NCBI GenBank assembly: GCA_035555035.1
Contig: DATMHG010000083.1
Location: forward strand, 1 to 60,974
Length of the DNA stretch: 60,974 nt
Source: Sphingomicrobium sp.
Lineage (GTDB): Bacteria > Pseudomonadota > Alphaproteobacteria > Sphingomonadales > Sphingomonadaceae
Direction of reading: 5' to 3'
Shown: piece after piece, positions 1 to 9,235 of the stretch
Layout of the letters: each line of letters begins with the position of its first letter
How positions within the stretch are numbered: the stretch's first letter is position 1
The notes under the pieces: model-generated
Databases searched by the model: none
What the model saw: only the letters and a program-made list of their open reading frames with translations
What the model was told of the DNA's origin: nothing
Position numbers and translations under genes: made by a program

Positions 1-474
1 ATCGCCCCAATGCCCGACGCGCACCCATTTGTCGGGTTCCAGATCCTTATAGTGCGTGAAGAAATGCTCGATCTGCTGAAGCACGATCGACGGCAGGTCC
101 TGTCGTTCGCCGACATCCGAATAATAAGGAAAGGTCGTGTCGACGGGCACGCAGACCAGCTTCTCGTCGCCGCCATGCTCGTCCTCGAGGTTGAGGACGC
201 CGATCGGCCGTGCGCGCACGACGCAGCCCGGGACGAACGGGGTCCGCGCGATGACCAAAGCATCGAGCGGGTCGCCGTCGGGCGAGAGTGTATGCGGAAC
301 GAAGCCGTAGTTCGCCGGATAGCGCATCGGCGTGTGCAGGATCCGGTCGACGAACAGCGCGCCGGACTTCTTGTCGAATTCATATTTCACGGGCTCGCCG
401 CCGACCGAGACTTCGATCACGACATTGATGTTGTTCGGCGGATCTTTGCCGATTGGGATGAGCTCGATATTCAT
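1..474 (-). CDS. ppa: Inorganic pyrophosphatase, family I (3' end runs off the window)
   Basis: Manual translation from ATG at 474: MNIELIPIGKDPPNNINVVIEVSVGGEPVKYEFDKKSGALFVDRILHTPMRYPANYGFVPHTL..DGDPLD; start overlaps the crcB stop (ATGA). Absent from the ORF track because it has no stop in the window. Confidence 0.95.
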   Translation of the reverse strand, partial: MNIELIPIGKDPPNNINVVIEVSVGGEPVKYEFDKKSGALFVDRILHTPMRYPANYGFVPHTLSPDGDPLDALVIARTPFVPGCVVRARPIGVLNLEDEHGGDEKLVCVPVDTTFPYYSDVGERQDLPSIVLQQIEHFFTHYKDLEPDKWVRVGHWGD

Positions 475-854
475 GGCAGATGGCCGGCGCTCCTAAACAG
501 CACCAGGCCGAAGAACAATGCCGAGACGCTCGCGGCAACCGAGCCGACCATGTAGCCGGCGGCAAGCCCGTAAGAATGGCGTTCGACCAGCAACGCAGCA
601 TCGAGTGAAAAGGCCGAGAAAGTGGTGAAGCCGCCGAGGATACCCGTCGTGAGGAACAGCCGCATGTGCTGGTTGATTCCGGGCCGGAAAGCGAAATAGC
701 CGGCGAGTGCGCCCATCAGGAACGAGCCGACAAAGTTCACGATAAGGGTGCCGAACGGGAAGCCGTAGCCGAACAGCCGTGCGGCGCCCATGTTGACTCC
801 GTGACGGAGGGCGCCGCCGATCCCGGCACCAAGGAAGACGATCAAATAGAGCAT
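471..854 (-). CDS. crcB: Fluoride efflux channel CrcB/FluC
   Basis: GAGIGGALR, FPFGTLIVN, TGILGGFTTFSAFS motifs; 127 aa hydrophobic; AGGAGG SD upstream. Confidence 0.97.
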   Translation of the reverse strand: MLYLIVFLGAGIGGALRHGVNMGAARLFGYGFPFGTLIVNFVGSFLMGALAGYFAFRPGINQHMRLFLTTGILGGFTTFSAFSLDAALLVERHSYGLAAGYMVGSVAASVSALFFGLVLFRSAGHLP

Positions 855-883
855 GAGCCTCCTACTGCAGCGAAACTGCGAAA

Positions 884-930
884 GTAGGAGCCATCAGCCG
901 ATCGGCGGTTATACGGGAGACCCCATTCCC
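884..930 (-). ncRNA. Fluoride riboswitch (crcB motif) aptamer
   Basis: Minus strand reads GGGAATGGGGTCTCCCGTATAACCGCCGATCGGCTGATGGCTCCTAC, matching the GGnnATGGnG..CC / AACnGC / GCTGATG.CTCCTAC layout; directly upstream of crcB. Confidence 0.92.
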
Positions 931-987
931 GAGACGCAGGATTAGCAGCCGTAGCCCATCGGGCAAGCGGGTTGCACGCAAATGGCT

Positions 988-1017
988 TGTCTGACTTCGG
1001 TGGGAAACGGGCGTTAG
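988..1017. repeat. Degenerate copy of a short palindromic repeat overlapping the stop codon of the 159-aa orphan gene
   Basis: TGTCTGACTTCGGTGGGAAACGGGCGTTAG; about 16/25 identical by eye to the copy at 1519-1548, same orientation. Confidence 0.4.
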
Positions 1018-1493
1018 TGCCAGTCGCGCGTACCGAAGGCCCTGTCGAGTGCATTGTGCAACGCGGTAGCGGCTTCGCTCCAACAACTAAGGTCATCCGG
1101 AGCTAAGCCCACCGCTCGTCCCGTCGCTACGACGAGAATGGGCGTTCCGCCGTTGCTGATGATGATGTCGTGCAGCTTCCCACCCTCTCGGCAAACCGGA
1201 TTCTCCAATCCTTCCGCAAGCACGCGTTGGTAAGCAGCCCGCAGGCTTTCGACGCTTCCCTTGACGAGCGTTCCACTTCTAACCGGTCGTTCAAGACCGG
1301 GTTTGTCACATAAGCGGCGCGGTGCTCTGGGTGTAAGGCTGTAGCGCCCCGTTCGCAGGTCGAGCCTTACGTGCCCCGGATTGCAGAACTCGGAGTGGCC
1401 AATCGTGGAAAAAATCCACGCCGTTTGGCCTGGTCGAACTGAAGCTGTCGGTGCTTGAACCGTCGCGAGAAGCGCTACAAGAAGCGGAAGCAT
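1014..1493 (-). CDS. Hypothetical secreted Cys-containing protein
   Basis: ATG start, signal-peptide-like N-terminus (MLPLLVALLATVQA), 4 Cys, fills the gap between mutL and the riboswitch. Confidence 0.7.
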   Translation of the reverse strand: MLPLLVALLATVQAPTASVRPGQTAWIFSTIGHSEFCNPGHVRLDLRTGRYSLTPRAPRRLCDKPGLERPVRSGTLVKGSVESLRAAYQRVLAEGLENPVCREGGKLHDIIISNGGTPILVVATGRAVGLAPDDLSCWSEAATALHNALDRAFGTRDWH

Positions 1494-1518
1494 GCGCTGA
1501 TGTTCTCACAGCGGGGTC

Positions 1519-1548
1519 AACATCCGCAATGGGTCGAAAGCGGGCGAA
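1519..1548. repeat. Short palindromic repeat (TCCGC-N12-GCGGG)
   Basis: AACATCCGCAATGGGTCGAAAGCGGGCGAA; resembles the GTCCGCwwTGGGTsGAAAGCGGAC repeat I recall as abundant in sphingomonads. Confidence 0.55.
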
Positions 1549-1568
1549 GGCAAATCGGCTGCCGCTTC

Positions 1569-3374
1569 TTACTTCCGGCCGAACAATTTCTCGATCTCGG
1601 CGTGGCCGAGCTTCACCCAGGTCGGTCGGCCGTGGTTGCACTGGCCGGAGCGCGGGGTGACTTCCATCTCGCGCAGAAGTGCGTTCATTTCGGCGACGGA
1701 CAGTACTCGCCCGGCGCGGACGGAGCCGTGGCAGGCGATCGTCGCGGCGACATGGTCGAGCTTCTCGCGCAGGCTCATCGGACCGCCAAGCTCGGCGATC
1801 TCCGCGGCAAGATCGGCGAGTAATGCGCCGGCGTCCGTCTTGCCCAGCGCCGCCGGGATGGTGCGCACGAGCATCGCGGTAGCGCCGAAGCGCTCGATGT
1901 CGAGTCCCATGTCCGCGAGCTCGGTCTGCGCGCCCTCCAGCCGGTCGCAATCGGGTTCATCGAGCTCGACGACCTCGGGGATGAGCAATACCTGGCGCGC
2001 AACCGCCCCGCCCTCGCGCGCCGCGCGCATGCGCTCGAGCACCAGCCGCTCGTGCGCGGCATGCTGATCGACGATGACCAATCCATCTTCAGCCTCGGCA
2101 ACGATGTAGGTCGCGGCGACCTGGCCGCGCGCGACCCCTAGCGGGAAGCTCGGGACGGGTTCCGTGGCGGGTTCGGCCCGCGCGGCGGGCGCCTGGTCGA
2201 AAAGGCGCTGGTCTTCGCGCAAACTCGTCAGCGGGGTCTGCCTTGGTTCAAACGCAGCAAGAACAGACGGATCCCCGCTTTCGCGGGGATGACGATTGAG
2301 AGTCTCATCATAGGTCGCACTGCTAATCCACATGACCGGCGCAGCGGCTTGCTCGCGGGCGGCGCTGCGCTGGCTTTCCTCGTCGAGCGCGCGGCGCAAG
2401 CCGCCGACGATCAGCCCGCGAACCGCCGACGGATCGCGGAAACGCACTTCGGTCTTTGCCGGGTGAACGTTGACGTCGACATCCTCGAGCGGAACCTCGA
2501 GGAACAAAGCGGCGATCGGATGGCGGTCGCGGGCGATCAGGTCGCGATAGGCCGCGCGCAGCGCGCCCACGAGCAGCCGGTCCTTCACCGGCCGCGAGTT
2601 GACGAACAGGAACTGCTGGTCGGCGACGCCACGATTGAAGGTCGGGAGGCTGATCACGCCGGTGAGGCGCAAGCCGTCGCGCACACAATCGATCCCAACC
2701 CCATGCCGGTCGAGTTCGTGGGCGAGCAGCTCGGCGACCCTCGCCGGCGCCTCCGCCGGTTGCAGCGAGAGAATGCGCCGGCCGTCATGATCGAGGGTGA
2801 ATGCGACGTCGCTCCGCGCCATTGCCAGGCGCTTCACCGAGTCGAGGCAGGCGGCATATTCGGACCGAGGCGACCGCAGGAACTTGCGCCGCGCCGGCAC
2901 CTTTTCGAACAGCCGCTCGACTCGGATCCGCGTTCCGGGCGGGAGCGCCGCCGGGCCTTGGGCGATTTTTTCACCATGGTCGATTTCGATCCGCCAGCCG
3001 TCGGGCGCCGCCTGTCCCGAGCCGACCGAGGGGCGCAGCCGGCTTTCGAGGATCAGCCGCGAAACGCTCGCGATCGACGGCAATGCTTCGCCGCGGAAGC
3101 CGAAGCTGGTGACTCGATCGATCGCTTCGTCCGGCAGCTTGGAAGTCGCGTGCCGCTCCAGCGCCAGGCTCATCTCGTCCGGAGTCATGCCGTTGCCGTC
3201 GTCGGCGACCTCGATCAGCTCGAGTCCCCCCGCCGAGAGCCGAATCGAGACCTCAGTCGCGCCCGCGTCGAGCGAGTTTTCCACAAGTTCTTTCAACGCA
3301 CTAGCTGGTCTCTCGACCACCTCACCGGCGGCGATGCGATTGATGAGTTCCGGAGGCAGCCTTTTTATTGACAT
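1569..3374 (-). CDS. mutL: DNA mismatch repair endonuclease MutL
   Basis: IAAGEVVERPAS, GFRGEAL, DVNVHPAK, DQHAAHER endonuclease motif, ACH, CNHGRPT; start placed at MSIKRL. Confidence 0.98.
   Translation of the reverse strand: MSIKRLPPELINRIAAGEVVERPASALKELVENSLDAGATEVSIRLSAGGLELIEVADDGNGMTPDEMSLALERHATSKLPDEAIDRVTSFGFRGEALPSIASVSRLILESRLRPSVGSGQAAPDGWRIEIDHGEKIAQGPAALPPGTRIRVERLFEKVPARRKFLRSPRSEYAACLDSVKRLAMARSDVAFTLDHDGRRILSLQPAEAPARVAELLAHELDRHGVGIDCVRDGLRLTGVISLPTFNRGVADQQFLFVNSRPVKDRLLVGALRAAYRDLIARDRHPIAALFLEVPLEDVDVNVHPAKTEVRFRDPSAVRGLIVGGLRRALDEESQRSAAREQAAAPVMWISSATYDETLNRHPRESGDPSVLAAFEPRQTPLTSLREDQRLFDQAPAARAEPATEPVPSFPLGVARGQVAATYIVAEAEDGLVIVDQHAAHERLVLERMRAAREGGAVARQVLLIPEVVELDEPDCDRLEGAQTELADMGLDIERFGATAMLVRTIPAALGKTDAGALLADLAAEIAELGGPMSLREKLDHVAATIACHGSVRAGRVLSVAEMNALLREMEVTPRSGQCNHGRPTWVKLGHAEIEKLFGRK
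2269..2294 (-). repeat. CGTC-type REP embedded in-frame in the mutL linker
   Basis: Coding strand CGTCATCCCCGCGAAAGCGGGGATCC: 8-bp perfect stem with GAAA loop; translates RHPRESGDP. Confidence 0.85.
3010..3033 (-). repeat. Degenerate CTTCGAC..GCTCAGGACAGGC-type repeat embedded in the mutL ATPase domain
   Basis: Coding strand CCCCTCGGTCGGCTCGGGACAGGC, translating PSVGSGQA; about 19/24 to the recalled consensus CCCTTCGACAGGCTCAGGACAGGC. Confidence 0.6.
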
Positions 3375-3510
3375 GTTAACCATTCCTAGCCCATCGAAGG
3401 CGTGCCGGCGAAGCACTGATTTTTCGCGGAAATTCAGGACGTATTCAACGGGAAGTGTTCAATTGGAAGTTAAGCTGCGGGCCGCTGGTCCGCCGCCTTC
3501 CGGGGATTAG

Positions 3511-4572
<1,062 letters not shown>

Positions 4573-4586
4573 AGGACGGCTGAGCG

Positions 4587-5462
4587 GTGGCGACCGCGCG
4601 TCCCGGCTGGTCGCGGCGAGCCCAGTACGGGCTCTTCTTCAGCTTTCTCGCGGTGATCGCCGGGATCATCGTCGGCCTGATCCTGCTCGCCTTGTCAATC
4701 GTCGCGCCCAAGACGTTCAATGACGTTCGCGGCGCCGCGCTCGATATCACCGGGCCGATTACTGGCGCCTTCCGTGAAGTCGTCGCCACCACCGAAGGTG
4801 TCTTCACCGGGGCCGGCAATTACTGGGACGCTGCACGCCAGAATGGCGAGCTCAAGCGCGAACGCCGGGCGATGCTCCAGCGAATGGTCGAAGCCCGCGC
4901 GATCTTCCAGGAGAACCTCCAGCTCAAGGCGACGCTTCAGCTGCGCGAGCATGAACGTGCGACGATCGCCGTCGGCCGGATCGTCGGCTCGTCGTTCAAC
5001 AGCCCTCGGCGCTTCGCGATTCTCTCGACGGGTGCGAACAACGGGGTCCAGATCGGAATGCCGGTGCGTTCGCCGGACGGGCTCGTCGGCCGGATCATCG
5101 ACGCCGGGGCGCTCGCCTCGCGCGTGCTGCTCGTATCGGATCGAGCGAGCATCGTCCCCGCCCGCCTGCTGCGCGGCGGCATTCCGGTGATCGCGCAGGG
5201 CCGCGGCGACGGAACCCTAGACGTCCGGCCGCTCGAGGTCGGCCGCAACCCATTCAAGCGCGGCGACATCATCATCACGTCCGGCACCGGTGGTCTTTAT
5301 CCGCCGCTCGTGCCGATCGCTCGTGTCGTGAAGCTCGACGACGACGGCGCCATCGCGATGCCGCTAGCCGATCCGGCCAACACCAGCTTCGCGATCGTCG
5401 AACCGCCGTTCGAACCCGCCGCAGTGGCGGCCGAAACGACTTCGTCGGCGGACGCGCCGTGA
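4587..5462 (+). CDS. mreC: Rod shape-determining protein MreC
   Basis: N-terminal TM, coiled coil, GLVGRI, TSGTGGLYP; follows mreB. Confidence 0.95.
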   Translation: MATARPGWSRRAQYGLFFSFLAVIAGIIVGLILLALSIVAPKTFNDVRGAALDITGPITGAFREVVATTEGVFTGAGNYWDAARQNGELKRERRAMLQRMVEARAIFQENLQLKATLQLREHERATIAVGRIVGSSFNSPRRFAILSTGANNGVQIGMPVRSPDGLVGRIIDAGALASRVLLVSDRASIVPARLLRGGIPVIAQGRGDGTLDVRPLEVGRNPFKRGDIIITSGTGGLYPPLVPIARVVKLDDDGAIAMPLADPANTSFAIVEPPFEPAAVAAETTSSADAP

Positions 5463-5983
5463 TGGTTCGGGCGGCGCTCACCGGCAGGACACGGATCGGT
5501 CGTGAGCCGGCGCCTTATGCGCCCTATGTGCCCGCGGCGAGCGTCGTAGCCGCCTCATTGCTTGTGGCGCTCCCAATCGTGTCGACGATCGGCTGGTATC
5601 CCGATTTCGGCTATCTGGTCTTCATCAGCTGGCGATTGCTGCGGGCGGATCCGTGGCCGCCCTGGTGGGCCGCTCCGCTCGGTCTCATCAACGACCTGTT
5701 CACGGGCTATCCGATAGGCCTGTCGGTCGCCTTGTGGAGCGCGACGATGCTGGCCTTGGACCTCATCGATCGTCGCACCATGTGGCGCGATTATTGGATC
5801 GAATGGGTTCTTGCAGCAGTGCTGCTGACGATTGATCAATGGCTGCAGTGGCGCGTTGCCGCGATTGCCGGCGCGCGCGTGCCGTTCTGGCAGATGCTGC
5901 CGGCCCTGGTGATTTCGATCTGCGTTTTCCCGGTCAGCGCCTGGATCGTTTCCCACATTGATGCGTGGAGACTGAGACGATGA
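5462..5983 (+). CDS. mreD: Rod shape-determining protein MreD
   Basis: Hydrophobic, PDFG..W..LR, GL..DL..G.PIG; TGATG overlap with mreC. Confidence 0.9.
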   Translation: MVRAALTGRTRIGREPAPYAPYVPAASVVAASLLVALPIVSTIGWYPDFGYLVFISWRLLRADPWPPWWAAPLGLINDLFTGYPIGLSVALWSATMLALDLIDRRTMWRDYWIEWVLAAVLLTIDQWLQWRVAAIAGARVPFWQMLPALVISICVFPVSAWIVSHIDAWRLRR

Positions 5984-7893
5984 AGCACGTCCGGTTCACC
6001 AACGCGCATCAGTCGATCACCTTCTCGCGGCGGATGATGCTGCTGACGGGCGCACAAGCGGCGGTCGGCACGATGCTGATCGGACGGATGGGCTGGCTGG
6101 CCGTCGCCGAGAACGAAAAATACCAGCTGCTGAGCGAGAGCAACCGCGTCCAACTGATTCCCGTCCCGCCGCGCCGCGGGTGGATCGTCGATCGAAACGA
6201 CAAGCCGATCGCCATCAACAAGGCGAGCTTCCGAGTCGACATCATCCCGCAGCAGATGGTGAAGGGCCATGACATCGTCGGCCCGATCTCCAAACTGCTC
6301 GACCTGCCCGACGACGAGGTCGAGCGAATCAATAACGAGCTGGCGAGCTCGCGCGGGTTCCAGCCGGTCTCCGTCGCTGACAACGTGCCCTACGAGCAAT
6401 ATGCCGCGATTACCGTCCGGCTGCCGGAGCTTCCCGGAGTCGCTGCATCGCAAGGCTTCACCCGATTTTATCCGGCAGGTTCCGCCGTGGGGCAGCTCGT
6501 CGGCTATGTCGGGGCGGCTTCGGCGGCCGAATATGAGAAGGAGAACAAGAATCCTCTTCTTCTGATTCCCGGCGTGAAGATCGGCAAGGAAGGTCTTGAA
6601 AAAGCGCTCGAGCCCACTCTTCGCGGGCAGCCAGGAGGTCAGCGGGTCGAGGTCACCGCCCGCGGCAAGCTGGTCAAGGAGCTCGAGCCCAAGCCCGACC
6701 GCAGCGGCGGCACCGTCCAGCTGACGATCGACGCCGACCTTCACGAATATGCGGCGCGCAGGATCGGGGACCAGTCGGCCGCGGTCGTGGTTCTGGACGT
6801 GACCAACGGCGACATCCTCGCAATGCCGTCCATGCCGTCGTTCAACCCCAACAATTTCTCCGACGGGATCAGCCAGAACGAGTGGAAGATGCTGTCGCAG
6901 GACGACCATCTGCCGCTGGTCGACAAGGCGCTGGAGAGCCTCTACCCGTCCGGATCGACGATCAAGCCGTCGATGGCGATGGCTCTCTTGAATGCCGGTG
7001 TCGATCGCACCCAAAAGGTGAACTGTACCGGCGCCTTCCAACTCGGAAATCACACCTTCCACTGCGACAAGCGGCACGGACCACTCGATATGGACGGAGC
7101 GGTTGTCCACAGTTGCGACGTTTACTTCTACACGATGTGCCTTCGCGTCGGGGCGGAAAAGCTCTCGCCAATGGTCCGGTCGATGGGCTTCGGCGAGAAG
7201 TTCGATCTGCCGTTCGACAACCAGCGCTACGGCACGATTCCCGATCCCGACTGGATGATGCGCAAGTATCACCGCAAGTGGCAGGGATACGACACGGTCA
7301 ACATGTCGATCGGCCAGGGCATGGTCCTCATCAACCCGCTGCAGCTCGCGGTCATGGCCAGCCGGCTGGCGACCGGCAAGCGCGTGATACCGCGCCTGCT
7401 CAAGAGCAAGCCGGTCGCGCCGCAGACGCAACTTGCGGTCGACGAGGACCATTTGACCTTCATTCGCAAGGCCATGTGGGGCGTCGTGGATCACGGAACC
7501 GCGGCGGCCGCCAAGCTGCCGCTGGACGGCATCCAGATGGCGGGCAAGACGGGTACGGCCCAGACTCACAACCTCAGCGCCAGCGAGCGCGGCGACTATA
7601 CGAGTTCAGTCTGGAAGCTGCGCGACCACTCGCTGTTCATGGCCTTCGTGCCGTTCGACAATCCGCGTTATGCATGCGCGACGATCGTGGAGCACGGCGG
7701 CTTCGGCGCGGCCGTCGCCGCGCCGCTGGTCCGCGACACCATCACCTTCCTCTACGACAAGCAGAAGGCGATCGCCGCACTGGAGACATTCGAGCAGAGC
7801 ATCGGCGGGACGCTCGCCGATCGCGAAGCGCGCAAGACGGCCGCCTGGCGCCAGGCCAATGGCGTTCCGCCGCTTCCTGCGAAGAACGCATGA
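5980..7893 (+). CDS. mrdA: Penicillin-binding protein 2
   Basis: STIK (SxxK), SCD, KTGT motifs; RGWIVDRN; ATGA overlap with mreD. Confidence 0.97.
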   Translation: MKHVRFTNAHQSITFSRRMMLLTGAQAAVGTMLIGRMGWLAVAENEKYQLLSESNRVQLIPVPPRRGWIVDRNDKPIAINKASFRVDIIPQQMVKGHDIVGPISKLLDLPDDEVERINNELASSRGFQPVSVADNVPYEQYAAITVRLPELPGVAASQGFTRFYPAGSAVGQLVGYVGAASAAEYEKENKNPLLLIPGVKIGKEGLEKALEPTLRGQPGGQRVEVTARGKLVKELEPKPDRSGGTVQLTIDADLHEYAARRIGDQSAAVVVLDVTNGDILAMPSMPSFNPNNFSDGISQNEWKMLSQDDHLPLVDKALESLYPSGSTIKPSMAMALLNAGVDRTQKVNCTGAFQLGNHTFHCDKRHGPLDMDGAVVHSCDVYFYTMCLRVGAEKLSPMVRSMGFGEKFDLPFDNQRYGTIPDPDWMMRKYHRKWQGYDTVNMSIGQGMVLINPLQLAVMASRLATGKRVIPRLLKSKPVAPQTQLAVDEDHLTFIRKAMWGVVDHGTAAAAKLPLDGIQMAGKTGTAQTHNLSASERGDYTSSVWKLRDHSLFMAFVPFDNPRYACATIVEHGGFGAAVAAPLVRDTITFLYDKQKAIAALETFEQSIGGTLADREARKTAAWRQANGVPPLPAKNA

Positions 7894-9002
7894 TCACTTC
7901 CGCGATCATCCCGCGGCCGCTCGCGCGGCTGCCGTGGCGACTGATCTTCCTCGTCACGGGCATCGCGAGCTTCGGGCTGGTCGTCCTCTATTCGGCCGCC
8001 GGCGGTTCGATCCAGCCGTGGGCGCTCAAGCAGGCGATCGTCTTCACCGCCTTCCTCGGAATCGCCGTGGGCATGTCGTGGATGAGCGAATCCACCATCA
8101 AGGCGATCGCCTTTCCGCTCTATGCGATGACCTTGGTCATGCTGATCAGCGTCGAGGCGCTGGGCTTCGTCAGCAAGGGCGCGCAGCGGTGGCTCGATCT
8201 CGGGCCGATCCGCCTGCAACCGTCGGAGTTCATGAAGCCGGCGATCGTCCTCACGCTCGCGCGGTTTTACGAGCTCGTCCCGGCCGCGGAGATCCGCAAA
8301 TGGCGCGCGATCTGGCCGGCGCTCCTTCTGCTCGGCGTGCCCGCTTTCCTGATCCTCGTCCAGCCCGACCTCGGCACCTGCATCATGGTGCTGCTGTGCG
8401 GGGTTACGGTGATGTTCCTTGCCGGGCTTCCCTGGTGGCTGTTCGCCGGTCCAGCCGCCGCGGTCGCCGTCGCCGCCCCGATCGTCTACTCGATGATGCA
8501 CGGCTATCAGCGCAAGCGCATCGACGTGTTCCTCGACCCCGAGAGCGATCCTCAGGGCGCCGGCTACCACATCGCCCAGTCCAAGATCGCCATCGGCTCC
8601 GGAGGAATCTGGGGCAAAGGATTCCTGCACGGCAGTCAAAGCCATCTCCAGTATCTGCCGGAGGGACATACCGATTTCGTCTTCGCGACCATGGCCGAGG
8701 AATGGGGCCTAATCGGCGGCGTAGCCATCATCTGCGCCTTCGCGCTGGTGATCCGCTGGGGCATGAAGGTCAGCCAGAATGCGCGCACCCGTTTCGGCCA
8801 GCTCGCGGCGGCCGGGCTGTCCGCCACGATTTTCTTCTACGTCTCGATCAACCTCATGATGGTGATGGGTCTGGCGCCGGTCGTCGGGGTGCCCCTCCCG
8901 CTCGTCAGCTTCGGAGGTTCGGCGGTGATGACCGTGATGCTCTGCCTCGGTTTATTGATGGCCCTCGAACGCCAGCAACGGACGGTCTCACGACTCGTCT
9001 GA
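7890..9002 (+). CDS. rodA: Rod shape-determining SEDS protein RodA
   Basis: GAQRW, QPSEFMK, QPDLGT, IGSGG, PEGHTDFVF, PLPLVSFGGS; real start MITSA at 7890 (ATGA overlap). Confidence 0.97.
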   Translation: MITSAIIPRPLARLPWRLIFLVTGIASFGLVVLYSAAGGSIQPWALKQAIVFTAFLGIAVGMSWMSESTIKAIAFPLYAMTLVMLISVEALGFVSKGAQRWLDLGPIRLQPSEFMKPAIVLTLARFYELVPAAEIRKWRAIWPALLLLGVPAFLILVQPDLGTCIMVLLCGVTVMFLAGLPWWLFAGPAAAVAVAAPIVYSMMHGYQRKRIDVFLDPESDPQGAGYHIAQSKIAIGSGGIWGKGFLHGSQSHLQYLPEGHTDFVFATMAEEWGLIGGVAIICAFALVIRWGMKVSQNARTRFGQLAAAGLSATIFFYVSINLMMVMGLAPVVGVPLPLVSFGGSAVMTVMLCLGLLMALERQQRTVSRLV

Positions 9003-9049
9003 CCCCCTCCCTTCCCTCCTCCGCATGCGGGGGAGGATTTAGGTGGGGG
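9003..9049. repeat. GC-rich palindromic REP-like element; possible terminator of the mre operon
   Basis: CCTCCTCCGC-AT-GCGGGGGAGG core within CCCCC...GGGGG; same style as the arms of the element at 26611-26750; no U-tract. Confidence 0.65.
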
Positions 9050-9138
9050 AAGCGGTTGCGCACCACTTCAGCCCATGCTACCGGCGCCGCCGCTCCAGAG
9101 CGCGGGCAAGACCGCCGGAGCTTCCGCCTCACGGCAGT

Positions 9139-9214
<76 letters not shown>

Positions 9215-9235
9215 CTTCCAACACTTGGTGCAGCC

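Noticed and set aside
10-555. 181-aa plus-strand ORF
   Set aside because: Antisense shadow of ppa/crcB; the minus frame has clear PPase motifs.
6882-7889. Apparent 706-aa RodA with a long N-terminal extension
   Set aside because: The extension is an alternate frame of mrdA; the real start is the ATGA overlap at 7890.
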